Assembly: GCA_963771355.1 (NCBI GenBank) | Contig: CAVYTA010000005.1 | Location: 480,001 to 544,000 of the forward strand | Source: an uncultured Candidatus Rokubacteria bacterium | GTDB taxonomy: Bacteria > Methylomirabilota > Methylomirabilia > Rokubacteriales > CSP1-6 | Direction of reading: 5' to 3' | Length of the DNA: 64,000 bases | Part shown: positions 32,076 to 41,794 of the stretch, piece by piece | How the letters are laid out: each line of letters opens with the position of its first letter | How positions within the stretch are numbered: position 1 is the stretch's first letter | Notes under the pieces: generated by a model | Database searches by the model: none | Seen by the model: only the letters and a program-made list of their open reading frames with translations | Told to the model about the DNA's origin: nothing | Made by a program: the position numbers and the translations under genes

Positions 32076-32747
32076 TCAGCCGATGTGCTGGCGGAAGAAG
32101 TCCAGCGTGCGCTGATGGGCCAGCTTGGAGCTCTCGGCGTGATAGCTGCCCCGCTCGTCGCAGTGGAACCCGTGCCCGGCGGGATAGACGTGCATGGGCA
32201 CCGTGGGGTGCGCCTTCTTCACCGTCTCCCAGTGGTCGGGCGGGATGGAGGCGTCGGTCTCGCCCCAGTGGAGCAGGACCGGGCTGCGCGGCGTCTCCGC
32301 GGCCGAGGCGGCCACGCCCCCGCCGTAGTAGCCGACCGCGGCCCCGACGCCGTCGATGCGGGTGGCGGACAGCCAGGCCAGCGTGCCGCCCAGGCAATAG
32401 CCGACCACGCCCACCTTGAGCTTCTCCGCCTGGAGCGCCTTCACCGCGGCGCGGATGTCCGCCACCATGTCGTCGAGCTGGATCTTGGCGCGGGTGGCGC
32501 GGCCGTGCTCGACGTCCGCCGGCGTGTAGCCGATCTCGAAGTTCCGGTCCACGCGATCGAAGATGGCGGGAGCCAGGCAGAGATAGCCCTCGGCGGCAAA
32601 GCTGTCGGTGACCTTCCGGATGTGCTGGTTGACTCCGAAGATCTCCTGGATCACCACGATGCCGCCGCGCGGGGTGCCCGCGGGCTCGGCACGATAGGCG
32701 GAGAACTGATGGCCGTCGTCGGCGGTCAGCGTGATCGACTTGCCCAT
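32076..32747 (-). CDS. dienelactone hydrolase
   Basis: QEIFGVN, GYCLGG, AGHGF. Confidence 0.93.
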   Translation of the reverse strand: MGKSITLTADDGHQFSAYRAEPAGTPRGGIVVIQEIFGVNQHIRKVTDSFAAEGYLCLAPAIFDRVDRNFEIGYTPADVEHGRATRAKIQLDDMVADIRAAVKALQAEKLKVGVVGYCLGGTLAWLSATRIDGVGAAVGYYGGGVAASAAETPRSPVLLHWGETDASIPPDHWETVKKAHPTVPMHVYPAGHGFHCDERGSYHAESSKLAHQRTLDFFRQHIG

Positions 32748-32760
32748 GGGTCGCCCTCCT

Positions 32761-33615
32761 TCAGGCCCGCGTGCGGGCCGTGAACACGGTGATGGGATAG
32801 AGGCAATAATAGTCCGGCCGGGCCAGGATGTGGTCCGGAGAATTCGGCTCGCACAGCGCGGTGCGGCGGCGCCAGTCGTCGTCGCTCAGGAACGGGCGGA
32901 GCCGCTCGCCCCAGTTGCGGCCGAACACCACCTTCGCGATGTAGTCGCGCGCGGCGGGCGGCAGCGGCGCGCGCCGGGTGAGCAGGTAGGTGCGCAGCGA
33001 GCAATCGGCGAGGCCGGCCTCGCCGAGGGACTCCAGCGTGCGCTGGCGCCGCTCCTGGAAGCTGCGCTCGCCGGCCTCGTCCCGGCCGCGCTCCGTCTCC
33101 GCCGCCTGGATGCGCCGCTCGAGGTCCGGATGCCCGGGCAGGAAGAGTGCGGACAGCGCCTGCGACTCCTTCACGATCACGCGGCCGCCCGGGCGGAGCA
33201 CGCGCGTGAACTCCTTGAGCGCGTGAGCGGTGTCCGGGATGTGGTGCAGCACGTCCCCGCACCAGAGCCAGTCGAACGTGCCGTCGGGCGCGTCGATCGC
33301 GGTGCCGTCGCCCACGCGAAATTCGAGCCGCGGGGCCGGCAAGGCGGCGCCCGCCAGCGCCCGCGCCGCCTCCACGCGCTCCTCGCCCGGCTCGATGCCG
33401 AGCACGCGTCCACCGGGTCCCACCGCCTGCGCGAGCCAGAGGGTGTAGAGCCCGACGCCGCAGCCTACGTCGAGGCCGCGCGAGCCGGCGGGGAGCTCCA
33501 GATCGGCGACGAGGGTGTGCGCCTCCGGCTCCTGGAAGCGATTCATTCGCTCCAGCGCGCGGGTGAAGGGCTCGGGTTCCGCCGCCGCTCCTCCCGCGGC
33601 GTGATGATGGCTCAT
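32761..33615 (-). CDS. class I SAM-dependent methyltransferase
   Basis: LDVGCGVG, FD, RVLRPGG. Confidence 0.88.
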   Translation of the reverse strand: MSHHHAAGGAAAEPEPFTRALERMNRFQEPEAHTLVADLELPAGSRGLDVGCGVGLYTLWLAQAVGPGGRVLGIEPGEERVEAARALAGAALPAPRLEFRVGDGTAIDAPDGTFDWLWCGDVLHHIPDTAHALKEFTRVLRPGGRVIVKESQALSALFLPGHPDLERRIQAAETERGRDEAGERSFQERRQRTLESLGEAGLADCSLRTYLLTRRAPLPPAARDYIAKVVFGRNWGERLRPFLSDDDWRRRTALCEPNSPDHILARPDYYCLYPITVFTARTRA

Positions 33616-34046
33616 GCGGGCTTCGCCAGCACGTTGACCTTCACCGTGGTCGCGACCGCGACCGTGCGGTAGAGGGGTCAGCGGGCCTGGTAGACCTCGA
33701 CCAGGGACTCCGCCTGCGCCTGGTCTACCCCGTGGAGCTCGAAGCGCATGCGCACCTCGGCGAAGCGATTGGGCTCGGCCACCGCGCGCACGCCTTCGAT
33801 GGTGACCTCGGTTCGCCGGAGGGGCACGCCCTGCTGCTGGGCGTAGAGCTCGATCAGCGTCACGCCGCAGGAGGACACGCCGGCCAGGAAGGCCTCGCCC
33901 GAGGACAGCGCCTCGTGCGGACCCGAGGGCGAGTCGATGACGAAGTGATTCGTGCGCGCCTGATTGAGCGCCCGGCCGGGCAGGCCGCCGCTGTACGAGC
34001 GCACCGTGTCGACCTTGACCTCCTCGCTCCGCTCGGAACTCATCAT
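33612..34046 (-). CDS. OsmC-like peroxiredoxin, predicted selenoprotein (UGA 33678-33680 read as Sec)
   Basis: E.FLAGVSSC (first Cys), then YQAR-UGA-PLYRTVAVATTVKVNVLAKPA*. The UGA sits at the conserved C-P position, and the true stop overlaps the next ATG (ATGA). Confidence 0.82.
33643..33670 (-). promoter_or_regulatory. putative bacterial SECIS hairpin
   Basis: ACCG-CAC-GGTCGC-[GGTC]-GCGACC-A-CGGT; the G-led apical loop begins 20 nt after the UGA. Confidence 0.75.
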
Positions 34047-34231
34047 GTATCCGCTCCCCTCGATCTTTGGATGGTCACCTCGCCTCCGGCTTCGGCTCCT
34101 ACTGCGGGCTGCGGCTCGCCAATCACGCTCCGCTCGGAACTCATCATGTATCCGCTCCCCTCGATCTTTGGATGGTCACCTCGCCTCCGGCTTCGGCCCC
34201 TACTGCGGGCTGCGGCTCGCCAATCACGCTC
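34025..34231. repeat. tandem duplication of a 101-bp REP-like element
   Basis: Copies start at 34025 and 34126 with one mismatch; a related shorter copy is at 51550-51611. Confidence 0.9.
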
Positions 34232-34637
34232 ATGCGAGGGTGGCCGCGCCCGCGTCGGAGCATTGCTGGTCCTGTTCGCCGGTGCCGCCGCCACAGCCGA
34301 TGCCGCCGATGACCTTGCCCTTGACCACGATGGGCGTGCCGCCGTGGCTCGGCAGCACCTGGCCGGGGAGCACGCTTGCCACGGTGGCGAAGAACACCGA
34401 GCCCTTCTGCGCGCGCTCGGCCAGGTCCGCGGTGGAGGCGCGGAAGTTGGCCGCCGCCGTCGCCTTGGCGCGCGAGGTCTCGGGGCTCAGGAAGCTGGTG
34501 CCGTCCCCCCGCGCCGAGAGGACCAGCCGCCCCGCCTCGTCCACCACCGTCACCGTCATCCCGGTGCCCAGCGCCTTCGCCTTGTCCTGCGCCGCGCGCA
34601 CCGCGCGCTCTGCCATCGCGAGCGTCAGCTCGATCAT
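34230..34637 (-). CDS. GlcG/HbpS family heme-binding protein
   Basis: VVDEAG...R.DG....KA.TA...GG.PI....IGGIG.GG. Confidence 0.88.
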   Translation of the reverse strand: MIELTLAMAERAVRAAQDKAKALGTGMTVTVVDEAGRLVLSARGDGTSFLSPETSRAKATAAANFRASTADLAERAQKGSVFFATVASVLPGQVLPSHGGTPIVVKGKVIGGIGCGGGTGEQDQQCSDAGAATLA

Positions 34638-34657
34638 GGGAGACAGTCCTCTCTCGT

Positions 34658-35455
34658 CTACCGGCCCTTGAACTGCGGCGGGCGCTTCTCCACGAAGGCC
34701 CGGATGCCCTCGCGCGCGTCCTCGGTCTCGAAGCAGATGTTCTGGGCGAAGGTCTCGAACTCGAGGCCACCGCGGAGATCGGTGTTCTCACCGTTGTAGA
34801 GCGCGCGCTTGGCGAGGCGGATGGCGATGGGCGGGCCCGCCGCGATCTTCCCCGCTAGCTCGTAGGCGGCGGGTAGCAGCTCCTCCGGCGAATACACCCC
34901 GCTCACGAGCCCGAGGCGCAGCGCCTCAGTGGCGTCGATCATGTCGCCGGTGAAGATCATTTCGGCCGCCTTCGCCATGCCGATGAGGCGCGGAAGGAAA
35001 TAGGTGCCGCCCCAGTCGGGATGGAGCCCGCGCTTCACGAAGGTTTCGCCGAAGCGCGCGACCGTGGAGGCGAGGCGGATGTCGCAGCCGAGCGCCAGGT
35101 TCATGCCCGCCCCCGCGGCCGCGCCGTTCACGGCGGCGATGATGGGCTGGGGGGCATCGCGCATGGCCAGCAAGGTGCGGTCGCGCGAGGGGGCGACCTT
35201 TTCCAGGATCGGGCGCTCCGTCCGCGACTCCTTGGCCTCGTTCATCGCCTTCACGTCGCCACCGGAGCAGAAGCCCTTGCCGGCGCCGGTGATCACCATC
35301 ACGCGAACCTCGGGATCGCCGCTCGCGCGCACCACCGCGTCATGCAGATCCTCGCGCAGCGTGTCACCGAGGGCGTTCAGGCGCTCGGGGCGGTTGAGGG
35401 TGAGCGTCGCCACCGCGTCCTTCACCTCGTAGAGGAGACACTTGTACGCCGGCAT
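34658..35455 (-). CDS. enoyl-CoA hydratase/isomerase
   Basis: LNRPERLNAL, FCSGGD, AAVNG.AAGAG, AFVEKR.P.F. Confidence 0.92.
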   Translation of the reverse strand: MPAYKCLLYEVKDAVATLTLNRPERLNALGDTLREDLHDAVVRASGDPEVRVMVITGAGKGFCSGGDVKAMNEAKESRTERPILEKVAPSRDRTLLAMRDAPQPIIAAVNGAAAGAGMNLALGCDIRLASTVARFGETFVKRGLHPDWGGTYFLPRLIGMAKAAEMIFTGDMIDATEALRLGLVSGVYSPEELLPAAYELAGKIAAGPPIAIRLAKRALYNGENTDLRGGLEFETFAQNICFETEDAREGIRAFVEKRPPQFKGR

Positions 35456-35496
35456 CGCGTTCTCCAGATGGGTAGACGGTATCGTGGGGCCGCGCC

Positions 35497-36645
35497 TCAG
35501 CCGAGCGCGCCCTCGGCGCGCAGGGCGGCGAGGTCCTCGGTGGAGAAGCCCCAGTCGCGCAGGGCTTCCTCGGTGTGCTCGCCGGCGCGCGCGGGCGGGC
35601 GCGGGATGGCGCCGGGCGTGCGGCTGAACCGCGGTGCGGGGCCGGGCTGCACCACTCCCTCGACCTCGATGAAGGTGCCGCGCGCGCGGTTGTGCGGGTG
35701 GGCCGGCGCCTCCGTGAGCGAGAGCACGGGGGCGAAGCAGACGTCGCTGCCCTCCATGATGCGGCACCACTCATCCCGGGTCTTCTGCTTGAACACCTCG
35801 GTGAGCCGGGCCCGCAGCTCGCCCCAGCGCGTCTTGTCCCGCTGCGGCGGGAGGGGCTCGCCTTCGAGACCGGTGAGACGGAGCAGCTCACCGTAGAACC
35901 GCTTCTCGATGGAGCCGATGGCGATGTACTCGCCGTCCTGCGTCTCGTACACGTCGTACCAAGGCGCGCCGGAGTCGAGGATGTTGTCGCCGCGGTCATC
36001 GTTCCACATGCCCATCGCGCGCATCCCGAACACCGCCGCGGCCAGGGACGCCGCCCCGTCCACCATGGCGGCGTCCACCACCTGGCCGCGCCCCGACTGC
36101 TTCGCCTCGAGGAGCGCGCACACCACGCCGAAGGCGAGATACATGCCGCCCCCGCCGAAGTCGCCCACCAGGTTGAGCGGCGGCACCGGCGCGCCGCCCT
36201 TGCGGCCGATGGAGTGGAGCACGCCGGACAGCGCGATGTAGTTGATGTCGTGGCCGGCCGCGGCCGCCATGGGGCCGTCCTGGCCCCAGCCGGTCATGCG
36301 CCCGTAGACCAGGCGCGGGTTCACGGCGAGGCAGGGGTCGGGCCCGAGACCCAGTCGCTCCATCACTCCGGGGCGAAAGCCCTCGATGAGGGCGTCGGCG
36401 TCGGCGATCAGCCGCTTCATCGCCGCCACCGCTGCCGGGGTCTTGAGATCCATGGCCACCGAGCGGCGGCCACGGTTGAGCACGCTGAAGCGCGGATCCA
36501 CCGGCAGGCCGAGGTCGGCCGATCCGGTGCGGTCCACCCGCAGCACGTCCGCGCCCATGTCCGCGAGCATCATGGCGCAGAACGGGCCGGGCCCGATCCC
36601 CGCGACCTCGATGACGCGAACGCCGGCGAGAGGCCCCGCGCTCAC
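35497..36645 (-). CDS. CaiB/BaiF CoA-transferase (AMACR-like)
   Basis: GIGPGPFC.M.LAD.GA, FRPGVMERLG, GHDINY, DFGGG. Confidence 0.92.
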   Translation of the reverse strand: MSAGPLAGVRVIEVAGIGPGPFCAMMLADMGADVLRVDRTGSADLGLPVDPRFSVLNRGRRSVAMDLKTPAAVAAMKRLIADADALIEGFRPGVMERLGLGPDPCLAVNPRLVYGRMTGWGQDGPMAAAAGHDINYIALSGVLHSIGRKGGAPVPPLNLVGDFGGGGMYLAFGVVCALLEAKQSGRGQVVDAAMVDGAASLAAAVFGMRAMGMWNDDRGDNILDSGAPWYDVYETQDGEYIAIGSIEKRFYGELLRLTGLEGEPLPPQRDKTRWGELRARLTEVFKQKTRDEWCRIMEGSDVCFAPVLSLTEAPAHPHNRARGTFIEVEGVVQPGPAPRFSRTPGAIPRPPARAGEHTEEALRDWGFSTEDLAALRAEGALG

Positions 36646-38105
36646 TTCGTCAGCACGTGCTTGGCGACCGCGTCCTCGACCACGGTCCCCTTGAAGAATT
36701 CGGGATTGAGCGCGGTGTGCAGGCGGGCGGCGTTGGTGAAGGTGAACTCGCGGAAGTCGTCCTCGGTGATGAGCCCGTGCTCCACCAGCTCCCACGCCTC
36801 CTCCAGCACCTCGGTCATGTCGGTCACGTCGAAGTGGCCCACGTCGGAGGAGAAGATCGGATTGAGGCGGTGATAGCCGTGCCGATCGAAGGCCCACGCG
36901 GTCATGGGATCGTCCGCCTCGCAGCCGAAGTAGAAGTGGTCGGCGAACTGGCGCTTGAGCGTGTCCACCGAGTCGATGCCCGCCGCCGCGAAGTCGTCCA
37001 GCTGCTCGCGGTACTCGCGCTCGGTCATCTCCTCCATGGTCTTGAAAGGGGGAACGAGGCTGGGGCCGGCCATCACCTCGTCGAGCTTGTCCTCGTAAGC
37101 CTTGCCGCCGTAGCGCGTGAAGAAGTCCCGGAGCGTCGGACCGTCGAGGTTGAGCGGGCGGAGGTTGGCCTCCATGGCGCGGCCGTTGCGCTTCACCCAG
37201 TGGCCGACCAGGTCGGTGAGGAGATTGCACGCCCAGCCCACGCCGCCCTCCAGCATGGCGAAGCGGAGGGCGGGGAAGCGCTTCACCACGCCGCCGATGA
37301 TGAGGGCCTTCGCGAAGGCGTGGCTGGCCGCGGCGAAGTGGCCGATGTGATTGTAGGTGAAGTTATCCACCGTCTCCCGCCCGTGCCAGCCCATGCTGCC
37401 GGAATGCGCGGTGACCGCCACCTTGAGCTCGAGGCACTTCGCCCAGAACGGGTCGTAGTCGAGATCGCTGTCGTAGGCGAGGGAGTCGATCACCTGACGG
37501 ACGTGCGCGGGGTCGCCGCCCGCCTTCACCGCCGCCGGCACCGGCCGCTTCACGTGGTTGGCGATCATGATGACCTTCATGCCTAGCTCGCGCACCGCGT
37601 AAGTCGCTTCCTCGATGGCCTCCTGCGGCGTGTAGACGGGCACCACCGCCGCCGGCGCGATCCGCGCGCGATAGGGCGCGAACATCTCCGCGTTCATCCG
37701 GTTGACGGCGCGCGCGCAGGCGCGGCGCAGCTCTTCGTCGGGGTTACCCACGTGGAAGAGGCCGAGGGAGGTGTAGAGCAGGCAGAAGTCGATCCCGAAG
37801 TCGTCGAGGCGCTCGTGGAAGAGAGCGGGGACCATGGCGGTGGCGCGGTCCAGCGTGTGGGCCGGCTCGCCCCACCAGGTCGGCCGGTGCTGGCGCCGCT
37901 CCCGGCGCTCCTGGGGGCTCCACTCGTACCAGCCGGCCTCCGTCTGCTTCTTCACGAAGCGATCCGCCACCGACGGGCCCGCCACCTGGCGGAGATAGTC
38001 GAGGAAGATGGGGACCGGCTCCAGCCAGTGGCCATCACCGTCGATCACGGGATGGTCCAGATGGGCGCGGACGGCGGAGGACTTGGAGTCCTTCGAGTAG
38101 GCCAT
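36642..38105 (-). CDS. amidohydrolase family protein
   Basis: IDGDGH, TAHSG, LEGG, SSDVGH. Confidence 0.88.
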   Translation of the reverse strand: MAYSKDSKSSAVRAHLDHPVIDGDGHWLEPVPIFLDYLRQVAGPSVADRFVKKQTEAGWYEWSPQERRERRQHRPTWWGEPAHTLDRATAMVPALFHERLDDFGIDFCLLYTSLGLFHVGNPDEELRRACARAVNRMNAEMFAPYRARIAPAAVVPVYTPQEAIEEATYAVRELGMKVIMIANHVKRPVPAAVKAGGDPAHVRQVIDSLAYDSDLDYDPFWAKCLELKVAVTAHSGSMGWHGRETVDNFTYNHIGHFAAASHAFAKALIIGGVVKRFPALRFAMLEGGVGWACNLLTDLVGHWVKRNGRAMEANLRPLNLDGPTLRDFFTRYGGKAYEDKLDEVMAGPSLVPPFKTMEEMTEREYREQLDDFAAAGIDSVDTLKRQFADHFYFGCEADDPMTAWAFDRHGYHRLNPIFSSDVGHFDVTDMTEVLEEAWELVEHGLITEDDFREFTFTNAARLHTALNPEFFKGTVVEDAVAKHVLTK

Positions 38106-38267
38106 GCGGACTCCTCCCGGAGATTCACATAGACGATACGGGCGGCCAGACCCCGCCGTTCCCGTCCTTGTTAGGGTATTCGAGGGGGCAAGTCAAGACG
38201 GGACCCGGAGGCATTTGCGCTCGACTATGTCCCACCCATAACGTATGGTTCCGTCGGAGGACGGGCC

Positions 38268-39164
38268 ATGGTGATGCACCTGGACGAGCGGGCGGTGCGG
38301 TCGGTGCTCCGGTGGGATCGGCTCATCGCTGCGATGGAGACCGCGCTCACCGCCTTTTCGGGCGGCCGCGTCATTCAGCCCACGCGGAACATGATCACCA
38401 TCGAGGAAGGGAAGCGGTATCTCGGCATCATGCCCGCCGTGGCGGAGGACGCGATGGGGTTGAAGCTCGTGAGCTTCTACCCCGGCAATGCTGGCACGGC
38501 GGTTCCGACTCACCTCGCCATGATCCTCCTGTTCCGGCCGGACACCGGAGAGCCGCTCGCCGTCATGGACGGCCGTCTCATCACGGAGATGCGCACGGCG
38601 GCCGTCTCCGCGGCGGTGACCAAGCGTCTTGCCAACCCCGACAGCCGCGTGCTCGCCCTCCTTGGGAGCGGCGTCCAGGCCGGTGCCCATCTCGAGGCGC
38701 TCTCGACGGTCTGTCACTTCGACGAGATTCGGGTGTGGAGCCGAACACCTGAGCATGCGAGGGACTTCGCGGGAAAGCATGGCGCGCGAGTGATGGATGC
38801 CGAGTCCGCGGTCCGAGGCGCCGACGTGATCGTAACGGCCACCAACGCGCGGGAACCCATTCTGAAGGGCGCCTGGCTCAAGCCCGGGGCCCATGTCAAC
38901 TCGGTGGGATCGCCGCGTCCGGCGTGGCGAGAGCTTGACGATGACGCCATGGCCAGCGTACTGGTCGTCGATTCGCGGGAAGCGGCGCTCAAGGAAGCGG
39001 GAGACGTGATCCTGTCCCGGGCTCAGATCTACGCCGAAGCGGGCGAGATCATCGGCGGCTCCAAGCCGGCCCGCGCGGCGGAGACGACGGTATTCAAGTC
39101 GGTTGGCATCGCCGTCGAGGACATTGCTGCCGCGCGCCTCGTGTACGACGCGACGAGAGCGTGA
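38268..39164 (+). CDS. ornithine cyclodeaminase/mu-crystallin family
   Basis: TEMRTAA, GSGVQA, FKSVGIAVED. Confidence 0.9.
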   Translation: MVMHLDERAVRSVLRWDRLIAAMETALTAFSGGRVIQPTRNMITIEEGKRYLGIMPAVAEDAMGLKLVSFYPGNAGTAVPTHLAMILLFRPDTGEPLAVMDGRLITEMRTAAVSAAVTKRLANPDSRVLALLGSGVQAGAHLEALSTVCHFDEIRVWSRTPEHARDFAGKHGARVMDAESAVRGADVIVTATNAREPILKGAWLKPGAHVNSVGSPRPAWRELDDDAMASVLVVDSREAALKEAGDVILSRAQIYAEAGEIIGGSKPARAAETTVFKSVGIAVEDIAAARLVYDATRA

Positions 39165-39216
39165 GTGGGCTCTGATTGACAGCGGGGGTGGCCGTGTTGT
39201 GTAGTGTGGGCCTGCC

Positions 39217-40866
39217 ATGATCCGAGTGCGCATGCTCGTTCTACTCGGCGTGATGGTCCTTGCCAGCTTCGGCGCTCCGTCCCCACGCGCGGCGGACCTC
39301 CCGCGCTCGGTGGACGGCCAGGCCATCGATCCCGACGCCGAGCTGATCGTCGCCCTCGCCGACGACACCAACAACATGGACCCGCGGATCGGCATGGGCT
39401 CGATCCGCTCCAACTACATCCGCCAGGTCTTCGAGAGCCTGGTGGACGTGGACGCGACGGGGAAGCCCCAGCCGGGGCTGGCGCTCACCTGGCGCGCGGT
39501 GAGCGACAATGTCTGGGAGTTCACCCTCCGCCCCGGGGTGCGCTTTCACGACGGCGAGCCCTTCAACGCCGACACCGTGCTCTTCAACTTCGACCGGATG
39601 TTCCGGAAGAACCTCGACAAATGGGGTATCAAGGACGTGCCCGCCGGCGCCTCCTTCGAGAAGCTCTACCCGATGGTGACGCGCTGGGAGAAGGTCAACG
39701 ACTTCACCGTGCGCGTGCACACGAGCGAGCCGGTGGCCATGCTCTGGGACGCGCTCGGCCGTGAGCCGCTGGTGCCCAAGGCGTACACCATCAAGCACGG
39801 AGTGGAGGGGCTGAACGAGCGGCCGGTGGGCACGGGGCCGTGGCGGATGGTGGAGTGGAAGCGCAAGGACAGCATGCGCTTCGAGCGCTGGGACGGGTAC
39901 TGGGGGACGGCGCCCCTCGTCAAGCGGATGCGCTTCCAGACCATCCCCGAAGGTGCCGCCCGCATCGCCGCCCTTCGCGCGGGCCAGGTGGCGCTCGTCG
40001 AGGCGGTGCCGCCCATCGACGCGGCGGGGCTGGGCCGGGACCCCGCCTTCAAGGTCGTGAGCGCGGCGCAGAAACTCGGCTGCCGGCTCTACGTCAACGG
40101 CCGCCCCCGGGACAAGTACGACTCGGGCGGCAAGGACGGCCTCTTCGCCGAGCCGCGCCTCCGCCTCGCCCTGAACCACGCGATCAACCGCGACGCCATC
40201 ATCAAGAAGATCTTCGGCGGCTACGCCATTGCCAATGCCTCGCCGGTGGCGACGGTGATGTACGGCTACGCCGCGCAGGAGCCCTACGCCTTCGATCCCG
40301 CGCGCGCCAAGGCCCTCCTCGCCGAGGCGGGCTGGCGCGACACCAACGGCGATGGCGTGGCCGACAAGGGTGGGGAGCCACTGGCGCTGCAGCTCTATTT
40401 CCCGGCCAAGCACTACGGACAGGCCTTCGACGAGATGACGGCGGCGGTAGTCGAGATGCTCAAGGACGTGGGCGTGCAGGTGGTGGTCAAGCCCCTGGAC
40501 TTCGGGTCGCTCCTGCAGACGCTGAACAAGGGCACGCTGCCGCACAATGGCGGCTTCACCGCCTGCCGGACCAGCAACAGCGTGGACGCCGAGGATCAGG
40601 TGCGCGACTGGGCGACCTTCACCCTCGTCAACTGGACGCCGTTCCCGCCGGACCTGCTGGCCCTCTATCAGTCGTCGCGGCGCGAGGTCGATCCCGTCAA
40701 GCGTCTCCGCGTGCTGGCCGACCTTCAGAAGCAGATCCGCGACTGGGCGCCGGTGTTGCCGCTCTACCAGGAGATCAAGCTCTACGCGCACAGCGCGCGC
40801 GTGCTCCGGTTCGCGCCGCTGCCCGAGCTGCACATGGACTTCCGCGGCGTGGCCCTCCGGAAATGA
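39217..40866 (+). CDS. peptide/nickel ABC substrate-binding protein (family 5)
   Basis: Signal peptide; F.LRPGV.FHDG, PVGTGPW. Confidence 0.9.
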   Translation: MIRVRMLVLLGVMVLASFGAPSPRAADLPRSVDGQAIDPDAELIVALADDTNNMDPRIGMGSIRSNYIRQVFESLVDVDATGKPQPGLALTWRAVSDNVWEFTLRPGVRFHDGEPFNADTVLFNFDRMFRKNLDKWGIKDVPAGASFEKLYPMVTRWEKVNDFTVRVHTSEPVAMLWDALGREPLVPKAYTIKHGVEGLNERPVGTGPWRMVEWKRKDSMRFERWDGYWGTAPLVKRMRFQTIPEGAARIAALRAGQVALVEAVPPIDAAGLGRDPAFKVVSAAQKLGCRLYVNGRPRDKYDSGGKDGLFAEPRLRLALNHAINRDAIIKKIFGGYAIANASPVATVMYGYAAQEPYAFDPARAKALLAEAGWRDTNGDGVADKGGEPLALQLYFPAKHYGQAFDEMTAAVVEMLKDVGVQVVVKPLDFGSLLQTLNKGTLPHNGGFTACRTSNSVDAEDQVRDWATFTLVNWTPFPPDLLALYQSSRREVDPVKRLRVLADLQKQIRDWAPVLPLYQEIKLYAHSARVLRFAPLPELHMDFRGVALRK

Positions 40867-40870
40867 GTCC

Positions 40871-41794
40871 ATGCGGTCCTTCCTGCTCCGGCGTCTCCTG
40901 CACGCGCTCGTCGTCGTCTGGGGTGTCGTCACCTTCGTGTTCTTTCTCGTCCGCCTCACCGGCGACCCCGCCGCCTTCCTCGTAGACCCCACCGCCACCC
41001 AGGCGGAGATCGAGCACACGCGCCGCCTGCTCGGACTCGACCGCCCCCTCGGCGTGCAGTACGCGGACTTCCTCCTCGCCATCGGGCGGGGCGACTTCGG
41101 CCAGTCCATCCAGGCGCGTCGACCCGCGCTCGGCATCGTCCTGGAGCATCTCTGGCCCGCGACGGCGGTGCTCGCGGCGGCCGCCCTCGTGCTCTCCACC
41201 GTGGCCGCCGTCCCGCTCGGCGTGCTCTCGGCCACGCATCGCGGCGGCTGGGTGGATCACGCGAGCCGGCTCGCCTCGCTCTTCCTGCAGTCCATGCCGG
41301 CGTTCTGGCTGGGTCTCATGCTGATCCTGCTCTTCGCCGTCGAGCTGGGCGGGTTGCTCCCGGCCTACGGGTCGGGATCGCTCCGCCACCTGATCCTCCC
41401 CGCGGTGACGCTCGCGGCGGCCCCGCTCGCCCAGAACGTGCGGCTCATCCGCTCGGGCATGCTCGAGGTGCTCGGCGAGGACTTCGTGCGCACCGCCCGC
41501 GCCAAGGGGCTGGCCGAGCGCGGCGTCATCTATCGCCACGCGCTCCGCAACGCCGCCTTGCCCGTCCTCACCGTCACCGGGCTTTCGCTGGGCTTCATGC
41601 TGAGCGGGGCCATCATCATCGAGACGGTGTTCTCCTGGCCCGGGCTCGGCCGGCTCATCGTGCAGGCGGTGCCCGGCCGTGACTTCCCGGTCATCCAGGC
41701 CGGGGTCTTCGTCTTCGCGGTGATCTTCGTCGCGGTGAACCTCGGCGTGGACCTCCTCTATACAGTGCTGGACCCGCGGGTGCGGCTCTCGTGA
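40871..41794 (+). CDS. peptide ABC permease (DppB-like)
   Basis: GLDRP..QY, TARAKGL, IETVFSWPGLG. Confidence 0.92.
   Translation: MRSFLLRRLLHALVVVWGVVTFVFFLVRLTGDPAAFLVDPTATQAEIEHTRRLLGLDRPLGVQYADFLLAIGRGDFGQSIQARRPALGIVLEHLWPATAVLAAAALVLSTVAAVPLGVLSATHRGGWVDHASRLASLFLQSMPAFWLGLMLILLFAVELGGLLPAYGSGSLRHLILPAVTLAAAPLAQNVRLIRSGMLEVLGEDFVRTARAKGLAERGVIYRHALRNAALPVLTVTGLSLGFMLSGAIIIETVFSWPGLGRLIVQAVPGRDFPVIQAGVFVFAVIFVAVNLGVDLLYTVLDPRVRLS

Noticed and set aside
34025..34231. Possible CRISPR array
   Set aside because: There are only two near-identical 101-bp units, no unique spacers and no cas genes.
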